NCBI GenBank assembly: GCA_903866625.1
Contig: CAIPOI010000008.1
Location: 72,674 to 136,673 of the forward strand
From: an uncultured archaeon
GTDB lineage: Archaea > Nanobdellota > Nanobdellia > Pacearchaeales > GW2011-AR1
Direction of reading: 5' to 3'
DNA length: 64,000 nt
Positions 43,383 through 53,728 of this stretch are shown one piece after another. A program made the position numbers and the translations under genes. The notes beneath the pieces were generated by a model. It had not been told where the DNA came from. It did no database searches and was given only the letters and a program-made list of their open reading frames with translations. How positions within the stretch are numbered: position 1 is the stretch's first letter; every line of letters begins with the position of its first letter.

Positions 43383-45275
43383 CTATCTCATTCTAATTGT
43401 TTCAAGATTTCTTGGAGTATTTGTTTCAGAATGAGTTAATTTGTATAGTGTTGAAGCTAAATCTAAACATTTAGAAACTTCTCCATGATTGATAATTATT
43501 CTTTTTGGCTTTGGATTACATCTATTTATGAATGCTAAAAGCTCGTTTCTTCCGGCATGAGCGCTGAATCCCTTTAATGTAACAACCTCCAGGTTTATTT
43601 TAACTGATTCTTCAACTCCCTCATAAGTCATACGAGTTTCTTTTAATCCCTCTTGCACCTGTCTACCTAAAGAACCCGAACCTTGGTAACAAACAAAAAC
43701 TACTGCATTATCTTTATTTGGTGCAAATTCTCTGAAATATTCTACTGACGCTCCACCCATAAGCATACCTGATGTTGCAAGAACAATACAAGGGCCGCCT
43801 TCAAATACTAATTTTCTTTCTTGTGCAGAACCCACTCTTTTGAATATATCTGAAACAAAAGGATTTTCTCCTTGGAATACTTGTTGTCGTATCGCAGAAT
43901 TTAAAAAGTCAGGATAAGCAGTATGAATTGCATTAATATCCCAAATCATTCCATCTATGTATATAGGAACTTTGGGTAATAAATCCTTTTTCATGGCATC
44001 ATCTAAAATTAACATAGTTTCCTGAGCTCTTCCTAATCCTAATTCAGGTATCAGAACTTTTCCACCTCGTTCTATAACATTTTTAATAGAATCTACCAGT
44101 GCTTTTTCAGCTTCTTCTCTTGTTGGTAAAACATCATCTTTGCTACCATAAGTTGCTTCAATTATTGCAGTTTCTAATCTTGGGAAGATTGTATTTGCCG
44201 GGTTTAATAATCTGGTTTTTCCAAACTTAAAATCTCCTGTATAAAGAAGATTATGCAAACCATTCCCAATGTTTAAGTGAATCATTCCGCCACCAAGTGC
44301 GTGTCCGGAGTTGTATAAAGTTATTCTAACATCGGGAGCAATATCTGTAACCTCGTTGAAATTTAAACAAATAGTATGCTTGACCATTTCTTTAATATCT
44401 GTTGAAGAGAATAATGGCTTTTCTGCTTGTTTATAGGCTACTCCTATAAAATCTAACGCAAGTAAGGAAGAAATATCTCGAGTGGGAGCAGTCATATAAA
44501 CTGGGCCTGAATATCCCATTTTGAATAAATAAGGCAATAATCCTGAATGATCTAGGTGGGCGTGACTTAGAATAATAGCATCTACTTCTTCAAGCTTGAA
44601 TTCTGCAACATCTAAGTAGGGAAATTTATCTTCATTTCTGGATGAAGCTGGGTCTATTCCACAGTCTAATAATATTTTTGTTTGAGGTGTTGAGAGTAAT
44701 ATGCAACTTCTTCCTACCTGTCTTCCACCGCCTAAGAAAGTCACTCTAACCCATTCCTCTATTTTTTCAGGATTCCATTCTGCATAAATCTTTTTTCCTA
44801 TATCGTTCAAGAATTTTTTTCTTTGGTTATTATTTTCATATAATACTGCTCTAATATTTTCTGTAATTTTGCTATCAATTGCAGGAGATCTTTGAACAAT
44901 AGGTATCCAGAAAGTTTTTTGTTTTATCTCTCTTAATAAGCTACCATCCCGGCCTATTACTAAACCTGGTTTTTTTGATTCTATTACTACTATAGATCTT
45001 TGAGCATCAAAAAGTATGGCTGTAATTTCTGCTTCTTCAGGGATTGTTTCTCTTATAATTTTTTCTGTTTTTTCTTGAGTTTCTAGTAGTTTTGGGTCTG
45101 CTCTTAATTCTACTCTCTTTTTTATTTTATTAACAATTTCTTTTATTTGGGATTCTGCTTCACTGAAAAAGTTTGGAGAATCTGTGTATAAAACTATGTT
45201 TGCTCCTTCAAAGTTCGCACTAGAAACAACATTTCTTGGTAAATCTTTTTGTATATCTTTAAGGATGTCTGCCAT
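43383..45275 (-). CDS. fttA: aCPSF1 (KH + metallo-beta-lactamase/beta-CASP RNase; archaeal termination factor FttA type)
   Basis: 630 aa. N-terminal KH-like region (..VIGRDGSLLREIK..), ..LSHAHLDHSGLLP.., beta-CASP C-terminus ..GFSAHAGRNEL... Confidence 0.9.
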   Translation of the reverse strand: MADILKDIQKDLPRNVVSSANFEGANIVLYTDSPNFFSEAESQIKEIVNKIKKRVELRADPKLLETQEKTEKIIRETIPEEAEITAILFDAQRSIVVIESKKPGLVIGRDGSLLREIKQKTFWIPIVQRSPAIDSKITENIRAVLYENNNQRKKFLNDIGKKIYAEWNPEKIEEWVRVTFLGGGRQVGRSCILLSTPQTKILLDCGIDPASSRNEDKFPYLDVAEFKLEEVDAIILSHAHLDHSGLLPYLFKMGYSGPVYMTAPTRDISSLLALDFIGVAYKQAEKPLFSSTDIKEMVKHTICLNFNEVTDIAPDVRITLYNSGHALGGGMIHLNIGNGLHNLLYTGDFKFGKTRLLNPANTIFPRLETAIIEATYGSKDDVLPTREEAEKALVDSIKNVIERGGKVLIPELGLGRAQETMLILDDAMKKDLLPKVPIYIDGMIWDINAIHTAYPDFLNSAIRQQVFQGENPFVSDIFKRVGSAQERKLVFEGGPCIVLATSGMLMGGASVEYFREFAPNKDNAVVFVCYQGSGSLGRQVQEGLKETRMTYEGVEESVKINLEVVTLKGFSAHAGRNELLAFINRCNPKPKRIIINHGEVSKCLDLASTLYKLTHSETNTPRNLETIRMR

Positions 45276-45365
45276 TTTTAGTTTTCTCTTTATAATTTTT
45301 TTACTAAAAGCTTCTTTTCTAAAGAAACTTTATCTATACTCCTTTCAAGAAGTATTTTATGATTA

Positions 45366-46019
45366 TTATCTAAGTTCTGAAACAATTTCTTTTTCTACAA
45401 CTTTTGTAATCCCGTCCTTAGTAATTGTAAATATGTCCATTCCGTTTCCAGAAGCATTGTCTCTTTGAGTAGAAGATTTTAGAGCTTCTACTGCTAATTC
45501 AACACCTTGATTGATAGTTAAATCTTTTTTGTATTGTCTTTCTAATAATCCTAATATGAATGGCATACCGCTTGAGAAGTTTGCATCATAGTCCTTTACT
45601 TTTAGAACACTTCCTGCGGGCTCTATAGTATATAATTCTGTTGAGCCATTTTCATTAAATCCGCCAACCAAAGTTCCAGCTATAAAAGGAATCATAGAAG
45701 GTTGTCTTATATTTCTATATGCGATATTTGAAACTAAATTGGCGGCTTCCTTAATTGTAGGTCTGCTTTTGGTTTTTAGTTCTTTTAATCTTAATTCAGC
45801 ACTAACTAATCTAGAAAGCATTTGAGCATCAGATAATCCTCCTGTCCAGGATAGTACAATATAATCGTTTAGTTTAATGGCTTTATTATAGTCTTTTGAT
45901 ACAATGAGGTTTCCAGCAGTAACTCTTCTATCCGCTGCCATAACAACTCCGTCTTTGCAAACTATGCCCAGGATACTTGTTCCTGTTTTCAGAATGTTTT
46001 TCTTTATGTCATCATCCAT
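45366..46019 (-). CDS. psmB: Proteasome beta subunit
   Basis: ..LKTGTSILGIVCKDGVVMAADRRVT.. Short propeptide followed by an N-terminal Thr. Confidence 0.9.
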   Translation of the reverse strand: MDDDIKKNILKTGTSILGIVCKDGVVMAADRRVTAGNLIVSKDYNKAIKLNDYIVLSWTGGLSDAQMLSRLVSAELRLKELKTKSRPTIKEAANLVSNIAYRNIRQPSMIPFIAGTLVGGFNENGSTELYTIEPAGSVLKVKDYDANFSSGMPFILGLLERQYKKDLTINQGVELAVEALKSSTQRDNASGNGMDIFTITKDGITKVVEKEIVSELR

Positions 46020-46155
46020 TTTGTAGTTTTATTAAATTTAACTTATTTTATGTTCTTAATTTACTTATTTTTATTAAGTATACTTGAAAAATATACAACT
46101 CCTTCAGAACCGATAAATAATTATGTGATGGGTTATTTATAAATCTTGCGATTTG

Positions 46156-46455
46156 TTAAAACTCTGCAGCAGATACTATTAATTTCTGAAGCGATTCAGA
46201 GTAGGTAGCACAGGCAACCCTATGATTTTTACCCTGTAAGTCTTGAAATGTTAATTCGCCCAATCCATTCATTCTTGTAAATCCATGATTTGCAAAGTAT
46301 TTGGTTATCAGTTCATTTAACTCTTGAGAATTTGGTTCTTTTTTTACACCTATAAGATATGCTGCCAGATACTTCTCAGATGGAATCCCCCACTGACATT
46401 CTACCCTCCCTCCAAATCTTGCTTGTAATCTTTCGGCTAATGTTAAATTTGCCAT
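46156..46455 (-). CDS. Hypothetical protein (99 aa)
   Basis: Own TATA-like AGTTATAAACC about 28 nt upstream. Lys-poor composition. No motif recognised. Confidence 0.5.
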   Translation of the reverse strand: MANLTLAERLQARFGGRVECQWGIPSEKYLAAYLIGVKKEPNSQELNELITKYFANHGFTRMNGLGELTFQDLQGKNHRVACATYSESLQKLIVSAAEF

Positions 46456-46499
46456 TTTATTTTTAATTTTTTTTGGTTTATAACTATTATGGTGTTATT

Positions 46500-48563
46500 T
46501 TACTCTTCACTACTCTTATCTATCTGAGTAATTCCATCAACTTTCTTGAAACGAATTATGTTATCAACAAAACCTTCTACTTTTTGTTCATGGCTGACTA
46601 TTATTAATTGGCGAACTTTAAGCTGTATCAAAATATCTCTTATCTTGTCAAGTTGGGCTTCTGAAAATCCATCCGTAGGCTCATCAAGAATAACTAAATC
46701 TCTGGTTTTTATCTTGCTCAATAGGGAATTTATAACTTGATTTAGAGCAAGCCTATATGCTAAAGCTACTGCGGTTCTCTCTCCGCCAGATAAAAATGCA
46801 TAATCTAACTCATAATCATTCTGCTGAATAATTGGAGAAAAAGATTCATCGAGTCTTACTGTTAAATTATCTGCTACTAGTATGGAGAACCAGTTTGAGA
46901 ATAGCTTTGAAAAGTCTTCCCTTAGCTTAAGCATAACATTTTTTTCAGTATATAAAACAAATTCAATAAATTTATTATTCAACCAGTATTCCATTTCCTT
47001 GAGATAGTTTAATTTTAAAGTTAATTCTTCTATCTTCTTTATTTCCTTTTGAATATCTTTTATCTGTATCTCTAAAAATTGTATTTCTTTATTAGTTTCA
47101 GCTTTTCTTATTATAATTATTCTTTCTTTGTTGCTTATCTCATTAAATTCTTTTAGTTTATCTTCGTAGAATTTATCATAAATTTTGTATTCTTCGGTCA
47201 TTTTATCTAATTCTTCTATATGCTTCTTTATCATGTCTATATCTACTAAAATAGTTTCTTTTTGTTTCATTAAAAGTTGTGCTCTTTTTTCTTTTTCATT
47301 CATAGTTTCCAAGCGAATCTTCATTATTTGTAATTCTGAAAGAGAATTTTTTAGAACATCAATTTGTTTTTTTGTTTGTTCTAATTTAATTGATAACTCT
47401 TCTTTATCTTTTTTCAATATTTTTGTTTCCTTTTCTATTTCTTCGCCTTCAGATTGGGCTTTTATTACTATGTTATTTTTATAGTCGTTATTTACTATCT
47501 GAAGACAGGTTGGGCACTTATCTATAGCTGATATTTTTTCAACAAGTTTTTTTATGTCTTTAAATCTTGAATCATTATTCTGTAGTTTAGTCATCGCGAT
47601 TATATACTGGTCATTAAGATCCTTGTATATCTGCTCCTGAGATTTTATCCTTGTTTTTTGTAATTCTACCTCATTATCGTTAAATTTTATTCTATCTTTA
47701 TCCTTTATCTGTTCTTGAATAAGTCTGATTTCTCGATCATAGTTGAAAGTGAGGTCTTTTTTGCTGTTTAAAGTTAGCTCAGATTTTTCTTTTTCATTTT
47801 CCAACTTGTTTTTTTCATTCATTTTTAGTTTTAGGGCGTCTAATTCTGCTTGTTTGTCCAGTTTTAACCTTTGTATGTCTTGAGATTGTTTTTCTACTTC
47901 TACTAATTTTAACTTTTCACTTTCTAAGAGCAGGTTTTTTTCACTTAGAGACTGTTTTTTTTGTTCAACGTTTCCCATTTCCATTTCCTTAAGTTTTATT
48001 TCTTGCCTTAATTTTATGGTTAAGAGGTCTAAGTTCTCTTCTATCCTCTTATATTTATCAATCCCAAAGACATGTCTTAGTGTATTTAGCCGAACGTCAT
48101 TAGATTCCATTATGATCTGTTTCATTTCTTCTTGGGGGGTATAAACTGTAAATTTGTATAGATCATTTGTTTTTTTTGCAAACTCTTGGGGGTAACTTAA
48201 AATTTCAAGAATTTTTGTTTTTACTTCTGTAACACTTCCCTCAAATCTTTCGTTATTTATCGTTATTGCACAATCAGTTTGAGCTACAGACTTACCTGAT
48301 TTTTTTAAGCCTCGTTCTATAATTATTTTAGAATCTTCAATTTCTATTTCAAGAATAACTTGAGCTTCTGTTTCATTATTTCTAAGTATAGAGTTGGCTT
48401 TTTGGCTGGGTTGTAATCCAAATAGTGCGAATTCAATTGCGAGTAGAACAGAGGTTTTTCCCGAGCCTATATCACCCATAAGAAGTGTTGAGCCTTCTGG
48501 AAACTCTATTTCTCCTTCTTTATAACTTCTTATGTTTTTTATTTTTAGTTTTTTTATGAGCAT
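46500..48563 (-). CDS. rad50: Rad50 ATPase (short coiled-coil form, 687 aa)
   Basis: Walker A GDIGSGKTS, zinc hook ..DKCPTCLQ.., signature LSGGERTAVALA, Walker B LVILDEPTDG. Confidence 0.93.
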   Translation of the reverse strand: MLIKKLKIKNIRSYKEGEIEFPEGSTLLMGDIGSGKTSVLLAIEFALFGLQPSQKANSILRNNETEAQVILEIEIEDSKIIIERGLKKSGKSVAQTDCAITINNERFEGSVTEVKTKILEILSYPQEFAKKTNDLYKFTVYTPQEEMKQIIMESNDVRLNTLRHVFGIDKYKRIEENLDLLTIKLRQEIKLKEMEMGNVEQKKQSLSEKNLLLESEKLKLVEVEKQSQDIQRLKLDKQAELDALKLKMNEKNKLENEKEKSELTLNSKKDLTFNYDREIRLIQEQIKDKDRIKFNDNEVELQKTRIKSQEQIYKDLNDQYIIAMTKLQNNDSRFKDIKKLVEKISAIDKCPTCLQIVNNDYKNNIVIKAQSEGEEIEKETKILKKDKEELSIKLEQTKKQIDVLKNSLSELQIMKIRLETMNEKEKRAQLLMKQKETILVDIDMIKKHIEELDKMTEEYKIYDKFYEDKLKEFNEISNKERIIIIRKAETNKEIQFLEIQIKDIQKEIKKIEELTLKLNYLKEMEYWLNNKFIEFVLYTEKNVMLKLREDFSKLFSNWFSILVADNLTVRLDESFSPIIQQNDYELDYAFLSGGERTAVALAYRLALNQVINSLLSKIKTRDLVILDEPTDGFSEAQLDKIRDILIQLKVRQLIIVSHEQKVEGFVDNIIRFKKVDGITQIDKSSEE

Positions 48564-48566
48564 GTT

Positions 48567-49760
48567 TTATTTCAACTCCAACCCCAAAATTTTATTTAAA
48601 TCTGCAAATAATCTTGTTTCATATATGACACTTTTTTCATCCTCTTGTTTTTGAAGTTCGAGTGCATGAAGCAATGGAACTATTAACTGATTAAATTTAT
48701 CTGGATTTTCTTTTTTATATTCGTCAATTAAAACTTCTTCAACTTTATTCATTTCACTTGAATTTATCTTTACTTCTATCTGCTCACTTTTGGATTCTAA
48801 TTTGTTTGTATTTTTTAAGAAGCTATAAACCCCTCTTTCTTTTAGATAATCGCTTATTCTTTTGTTATCTATATCTGCATTTGTACCTTGTTCTATTGTT
48901 CCATACAGTCTTAAAAGAAGAATTTTGTCTCTTAAGTCGTGTTTTTCAAGTTCATCAATTATTTTTTGAGTAGCTGTTAAAGCATTATTGAGTTGTATAC
49001 GAATTGCTATAACTGGCTTTATTATTATTTCGTGTTTTTTGTATTCCCAGAAACCCTCTACCCTATTTATATAAAATCTGCCGTATGCTAAATCTTCTAA
49101 CTCCTGAAAACTATTTGGAAAAATTGGACCTGAATAAATTATGGGTTTTTCTTTAACTTTCTCTTCAAAATTAATATGAAGATGTCCTAGTGCATAATAA
49201 TCTGCTCTCGGCAATTGTTTCATACTTATAGATTCTATTGGTAAATCTCCTACTGCTTCTGTAAGAGTTGTGTGGAGCATTAGTATTCTGAAGTTATTAT
49301 TGTCTGGCGGGAGTATTATTTTTTTTAGATCTTGAATTTCTAATCCTGATTTTTTTCCAGGATAACCAAAGATTTCAAAATTTTTATATTTTAATGGTTG
49401 AAGATAGATTGCTTCTGGTTTTTCATCGTATTTGCATATCTCACAAAATCCTCCCTTTTCTAAGACATCTAAAAAGGTTTTTCCTGAAACTGAATAATCA
49501 TGAGAACCTGCAATCATAAAGCATTTGATTCCTGCATCTTTTAGTTTTCTGAACTCTGCAAAAGCTCTTTTGAGTATTTCTATTGGCGGATAAGCTGAAT
49601 CAAATAAATCTCCTGCAATTAATACAAAATCTACTTTTTCGTTTATAGAAATTTCTATAGCTTTTTGAAAACTTTGAAAGTTTAATTCTTGTAATTCTGG
49701 TTGTCTCCATCCGCCTAGATGACAGTCTCCTAAGTGACTAAACTTGATATTTACCCCCAA
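48567..49760 (-). CDS. mre11: Mre11 nuclease
   Basis: Phosphoesterase motifs GDCHLG, GDLFD, GSHD, ..LHTT.., GHLH. Apparent TTG start preceded by AAGGAG. Confidence 0.9.
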   Translation of the reverse strand: MGVNIKFSHLGDCHLGGWRQPELQELNFQSFQKAIEISINEKVDFVLIAGDLFDSAYPPIEILKRAFAEFRKLKDAGIKCFMIAGSHDYSVSGKTFLDVLEKGGFCEICKYDEKPEAIYLQPLKYKNFEIFGYPGKKSGLEIQDLKKIILPPDNNNFRILMLHTTLTEAVGDLPIESISMKQLPRADYYALGHLHINFEEKVKEKPIIYSGPIFPNSFQELEDLAYGRFYINRVEGFWEYKKHEIIIKPVIAIRIQLNNALTATQKIIDELEKHDLRDKILLLRLYGTIEQGTNADIDNKRISDYLKERGVYSFLKNTNKLESKSEQIEVKINSSEMNKVEEVLIDEYKKENPDKFNQLIVPLLHALELQKQEDEKSVIYETRLFADLNKILGLELK

Positions 49761-49859
49761 AGCTCTCGCTCCTTCTTTTTTCTCGTTTTTTCATATAAAT
49801 TTACCAGAAAGATTATATTTAAAGATATAGACAATAAAAGAGATATTTTAGGTTTTGAG

Positions 49860-50489
49860 TTATTTTCTTGCTCTTAAGTATGCTTGCCAATCTTTCTTCG
49901 AATATAATCCGGTGCCTGACGCATCAAAAACAAAAAATCCTTCTGGTTTTAATTTTACTTCTAATCTAGTAACTATTGTATCAAATAATTCTCTTCTTAT
50001 TCCCAAACTTGGAGAATCAAATAAGCCCCAGGCACAAGCAAGATCTAAAGAGTGATTTGGAAATCTTTCAGTATGTTCACTAAATCTATAAAGATGGCCC
50101 TGAATATGAGTATAACTTTCATTTGGAGATTCTCCCCCATCTATGCCAAAAGTTTTTGCTCCGAAAAATTGTAATACTCTGCATAGCCAAGGATCATAAT
50201 ATCTTCTTTCTTTTCCGATTTTACATAAATCATAATCCCAAGATTGTTTTGCTCCGCAACCAATATCTAAAACAGTTTTTCCTTTTACATCACCCATTAA
50301 CGAAGTTATTAATTTTAATCTATACATAATGGTTAGTTCGGTAACCGTACCATTCATCTTATATTTTTTTAATACTTGATTAACTTGGTTCTCTATCCTT
50401 TCTTCTTGTTCTACTTCTAGAATCCATGCTGCTTTTGTTTTTGGCATTTGTGGCTGCCGTTTTAATACAGATTCATTTATTAGTTTCAT
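49860..50489 (-). CDS. Class I SAM-dependent methyltransferase, substrate unknown
   Basis: Motif I ..GKTVLDIGCGA.. and ..LKPEGFFVFD... Start set at ATG MKLINES... Confidence 0.6.
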   Translation of the reverse strand: MKLINESVLKRQPQMPKTKAAWILEVEQEERIENQVNQVLKKYKMNGTVTELTIMYRLKLITSLMGDVKGKTVLDIGCGAKQSWDYDLCKIGKERRYYDPWLCRVLQFFGAKTFGIDGGESPNESYTHIQGHLYRFSEHTERFPNHSLDLACAWGLFDSPSLGIRRELFDTIVTRLEVKLKPEGFFVFDASGTGLYSKKDWQAYLRARK

Positions 50490-50563
50490 TTTTAATCTGC
50501 TCAGAAATCGCTGAGTGTCGAAACACCACAAAATATTATCTTATTTTTAATTTAAAAATCTAT

Positions 50564-51127
50564 CTAATCTACCAAAAACTCATAGACAAAAAGCTTTTCA
50601 AAGAAAAGCTTTTGCTCTGCTAACTTTTTATATTTGTAACCTAATTGTTTTGCTTCTTTTAAAATTACTCTGGGTTTGCTTAGATTGGAAAATAAAAGAA
50701 GAATCTTCCCTTCTTTGTTTAAATGCTGTTTGGCTTGTTCTAAAAACTTTATTATGATTTCAAAACCTTTTTTTCCTGCTGTGGTATCTAAAACTTTGCC
50801 ATACTTTTTTTCATCTTTATCTTCAGGCAGATAAGGAGCATTGAAGATAATGAGATTAAATTTATCTTTTATATTTGAAAATAGGTTTGATTGAACTGCT
50901 TGAAGTTTTTGTTTTTTTAAAAAATCTATAACTTCTTCATCAATATCTACGCATAGCACATTACTCATTTTTATTCCGGATTTTATGCTGGCTTGAGCTT
51001 GTATTCCTGAACCTGAGCCCATATCCAAAACTTTTATTTTGTCTAGTTCTTTGTTTTTTAGTTTAGAAATTAAACTTTTGACTTCTTTTTCAAGCAAGTA
51101 AGAATCTTCTGCAGGTTGATATACCAT
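50564..51127 (-). CDS. HemK/Mtq2-type N5-glutamine methyltransferase
   Basis: ..YQPAEDSYLL.., ..VLDMGSGSGIQA.., ..IIFNAPYLP.. (NPPY-type motif). 187 aa. Confidence 0.8.
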   Translation of the reverse strand: MVYQPAEDSYLLEKEVKSLISKLKNKELDKIKVLDMGSGSGIQAQASIKSGIKMSNVLCVDIDEEVIDFLKKQKLQAVQSNLFSNIKDKFNLIIFNAPYLPEDKDEKKYGKVLDTTAGKKGFEIIIKFLEQAKQHLNKEGKILLLFSNLSKPRVILKEAKQLGYKYKKLAEQKLFFEKLFVYEFLVD

Positions 51128-51147
51128 AACTAAAATACTAATTAAGA

Positions 51148-51576
51148 TTATTTAAATAGTGCACTAAGAATCTTTTCTCCAAAAATCATAAAAAAACCCA
51201 ATCCAAGTATTAAAACTACTAAGATAATTATAGGAATCAATAGTGCCTTGGACATTTTCTTTTTTTGTCCCTGAGTTTGATCTTTGTTTGTCGAAGTTGT
51301 TGGAGCTACTCCTATTGTTGGAAGTTTTTTATAACCGCTTTCTGTAACCTCAAGATTATTACTCTCTTTATTTGGCTCTGGATTGTAAATCTCTTCTTGA
51401 TCTGGCTGGTTGTCTGTTGGTAAATTATGTAAAATACTTGTGTCTACATACTTTGAAGCTTCTTGAACTTCTTTAGAATCATATCCTGCAGAAATTAAAC
51501 TTCTTAGAGCTTTTTCTAAACTCTCTCCGCCGTCTATTGCGTTCTTTAATGCAGCTACTAATTCTTCTCTTACCAT
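51148..51576 (-). CDS. Tail-anchored protein, unknown function (142 aa)
   Basis: N-terminal helical module ..LEKALRSLISAGYDSKEVQEASKYV.., low-complexity linker, C-terminal TM. Confidence 0.5.
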   Translation of the reverse strand: MVREELVAALKNAIDGGESLEKALRSLISAGYDSKEVQEASKYVDTSILHNLPTDNQPDQEEIYNPEPNKESNNLEVTESGYKKLPTIGVAPTTSTNKDQTQGQKKKMSKALLIPIIILVVLILGLGFFMIFGEKILSALFK

Positions 51577-51584
51577 TTTAAATT

Positions 51585-52919
51585 CTAAACAACTAATTCT
51601 GCTCCGTTAGACATTAGATGAACATTTTTATCTTTCTTATATCCTAACTCTTGGCATAGTTCTACCATGGGTTCTATTTTTTCATGATCTCCGTGAGCAG
51701 GGATTATATGTTCTGCATTCATCATATTTACAAAATCTCTTAAATCTTCTCTACCCGCATGACCTGAAACATGAACATTGCTAAAAAGTCTTACGCCTTT
51801 TTTCTTTAGTCTTTCATCAAGAACCTTTCTATTTTCTATATTTACTGGGGTGGGAATAACTGAAGATGAAAATATAACATGGTCTTCATGATTAAAATTA
51901 AATGGCAATTGTGCCCTTGAGATTCTGTCTAATATACTTCCTGGTTCGCCTTGATGCCCCGTAGATACGATTACATAGTTTGTCCTATCTTTATTTATTC
52001 GCTTAAGCATTTTTTCCACTTGATTTCTGAATCTTGCTGTTTTTATTTCTTTTGCGAAAGGACATTGATTGATACGCATAGCCGCACCTACATATTTGTT
52101 AAGACTTCTTCCGACAAAGACTGGTTGACGATTTAATTTTTTTGAGAAGTCAACTATGCTTTTGAGTCTGGCAATATGACTTGAGAAAGTTGTAACGAGT
52201 AATGCAGATTTTTCATTTCTGGTAGTAAGCATGGTGTCTTCTAATAACCCTCTTGCAATTTTTTCACTAGCAGTTTTTCTTTCATCTTTGCTATACAAAG
52301 AATCTACGACCATTGCTTTTACGCCCTCTTTAGCTAATTTTTCAAGTAGTTCATAATTTGGTTCTTTTCCGACTATAGGATTATTATCAAATTTAAAATC
52401 GTTGGCGTAAAGAAATACTCCTTCATCGGTATGAAGTGCAACCATTGAGGTTTGAAGAGTTGAATGAGTGATATTAACAAAGTCTATTTGATATTTTTTA
52501 TGCTTACCTTGAATAAAGTAACTTGCGTTTGGTTGAACTGCTACTAGTTTATTTTTATAGGGGATATTATTATCTTCATAAAGTGTTTTTAAGACTTCTA
52601 TGGTGTAGGGTGTGCCTATTATTTCTGCTTTGTATCTTTGAGCGATATAGGGTATGGCTCCAATATGGTCTAGGTGAGCATGACTTGGAATTATTGCCCT
52701 AACTTTATCTTTTAGCCCTTTTTTATCTAAGAAAAAATCATTAGGTAGTGCACCTATAGTTCTTAATACTTTTTCATTCATTGCTTTTTCTCTTTCTTCT
52801 AGTTGAACAATGGGTGGAAGAAATAATCCACAATCAAAAATAAAAGCATCTTCGCCAAGATCTACTACAGTCATATTTTTTCCTACTTCATTAAATCCGC
52901 CTATAGTAATTATTCGCAT
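51585..52919 (-). CDS. rnj: Archaeal RNase J (beta-CASP metallo-beta-lactamase)
   Basis: MRIITIGGFNEVGKNM.., ..IPSHAHLDHIGAIP.., ..HVSGHAGREDL... 444 aa. Confidence 0.9.
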   Translation of the reverse strand: MRIITIGGFNEVGKNMTVVDLGEDAFIFDCGLFLPPIVQLEEREKAMNEKVLRTIGALPNDFFLDKKGLKDKVRAIIPSHAHLDHIGAIPYIAQRYKAEIIGTPYTIEVLKTLYEDNNIPYKNKLVAVQPNASYFIQGKHKKYQIDFVNITHSTLQTSMVALHTDEGVFLYANDFKFDNNPIVGKEPNYELLEKLAKEGVKAMVVDSLYSKDERKTASEKIARGLLEDTMLTTRNEKSALLVTTFSSHIARLKSIVDFSKKLNRQPVFVGRSLNKYVGAAMRINQCPFAKEIKTARFRNQVEKMLKRINKDRTNYVIVSTGHQGEPGSILDRISRAQLPFNFNHEDHVIFSSSVIPTPVNIENRKVLDERLKKKGVRLFSNVHVSGHAGREDLRDFVNMMNAEHIIPAHGDHEKIEPMVELCQELGYKKDKNVHLMSNGAELVV

Positions 52920-52980
52920 CTCTTATTTTCCTCTTTTTTCTTTTTCAATTATATTAGATAAAAGGCATTTATATAGGTTT

Positions 52981-53337
52981 TCACTTTCCTTCAACAGCTC
53001 TTCTATAGTCTCTTTCATAAGCATTTGAAGCTCTTTTATTGAGACTCCAATAATAAAAATTAAGTTTTCTGAATTCTTTTTGCCCAATACCCAGCATTGC
53101 GTAGTCTAAAAGAGTATCGAGTATTCTTCCTATTTGCATTTCATCTTTTTCTTGATTTACAATTATCTCGTTTAATGACTCTCTTATTAATGGTAGATTG
53201 TTTTTTGCTATTCTTTGAACATGTCTTATTAATCCACTTATGGATTCTGTTAATCTATCTAAGGCCTTTTCATTTAGTGTTAATTGCTCTTCAAAACTTT
53301 TTCTAGGATCTTTTTTGGATTTTTGTTTTCTAGCCAT
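52981..53337 (-). CDS. Hypothetical helical protein (118 aa)
   Basis: Intact ORF. No motif recognised. Confidence 0.45.
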   Translation of the reverse strand: MARKQKSKKDPRKSFEEQLTLNEKALDRLTESISGLIRHVQRIAKNNLPLIRESLNEIIVNQEKDEMQIGRILDTLLDYAMLGIGQKEFRKLNFYYWSLNKRASNAYERDYRRAVEGK

Positions 53338-53386
53338 AAAAGTTCTAATGCATAAGATTTAATAATACTTTCTGTATGGTTTTATT

Positions 53387-53728
53387 ATGAAAATAGAGAG
53401 AAAAAAAGAGTTTAAAGCTGTAAAAATAACGCATAACCAAAGATTGCTTTGGATTATTGGATTTCTAGTTATTTTGCTTTTTGTTCTGATTCATTTTATT
53501 AGGGTAGAACAATCTAAACAGAATAATCCAAATAATTCTGAGAGTTGTTTGATAGATAATGATTGTATTCCTGCGACTTGTTGTCATCCAACTTCTTGTG
53601 TAAATAAAAATCTCGCACCTAACTGTTCTGGAGTTGCATGTACAATGGATTGTAAACTCGGGACACTTGATTGCGGCCAGGCTAGTTGTGGGTGTGTTAA
53701 TAAAAGATGTCAAGTAATTCAAAATTAA
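53387..53728 (+). CDS. Small membrane-anchored Cys-rich protein (113 aa, 12 Cys in the last ~60 aa)
   Basis: TM LLWIIGFLVILLFVLIHFI, then CLIDNDCIPATCCHPTSCVNKNLAPNCSGVACTMDCKLGTLDCGQASCGCVNKRC. Overlaps the subtilase start by 22 nt. Confidence 0.6.
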   Translation: MKIERKKEFKAVKITHNQRLLWIIGFLVILLFVLIHFIRVEQSKQNNPNNSESCLIDNDCIPATCCHPTSCVNKNLAPNCSGVACTMDCKLGTLDCGQASCGCVNKRCQVIQN

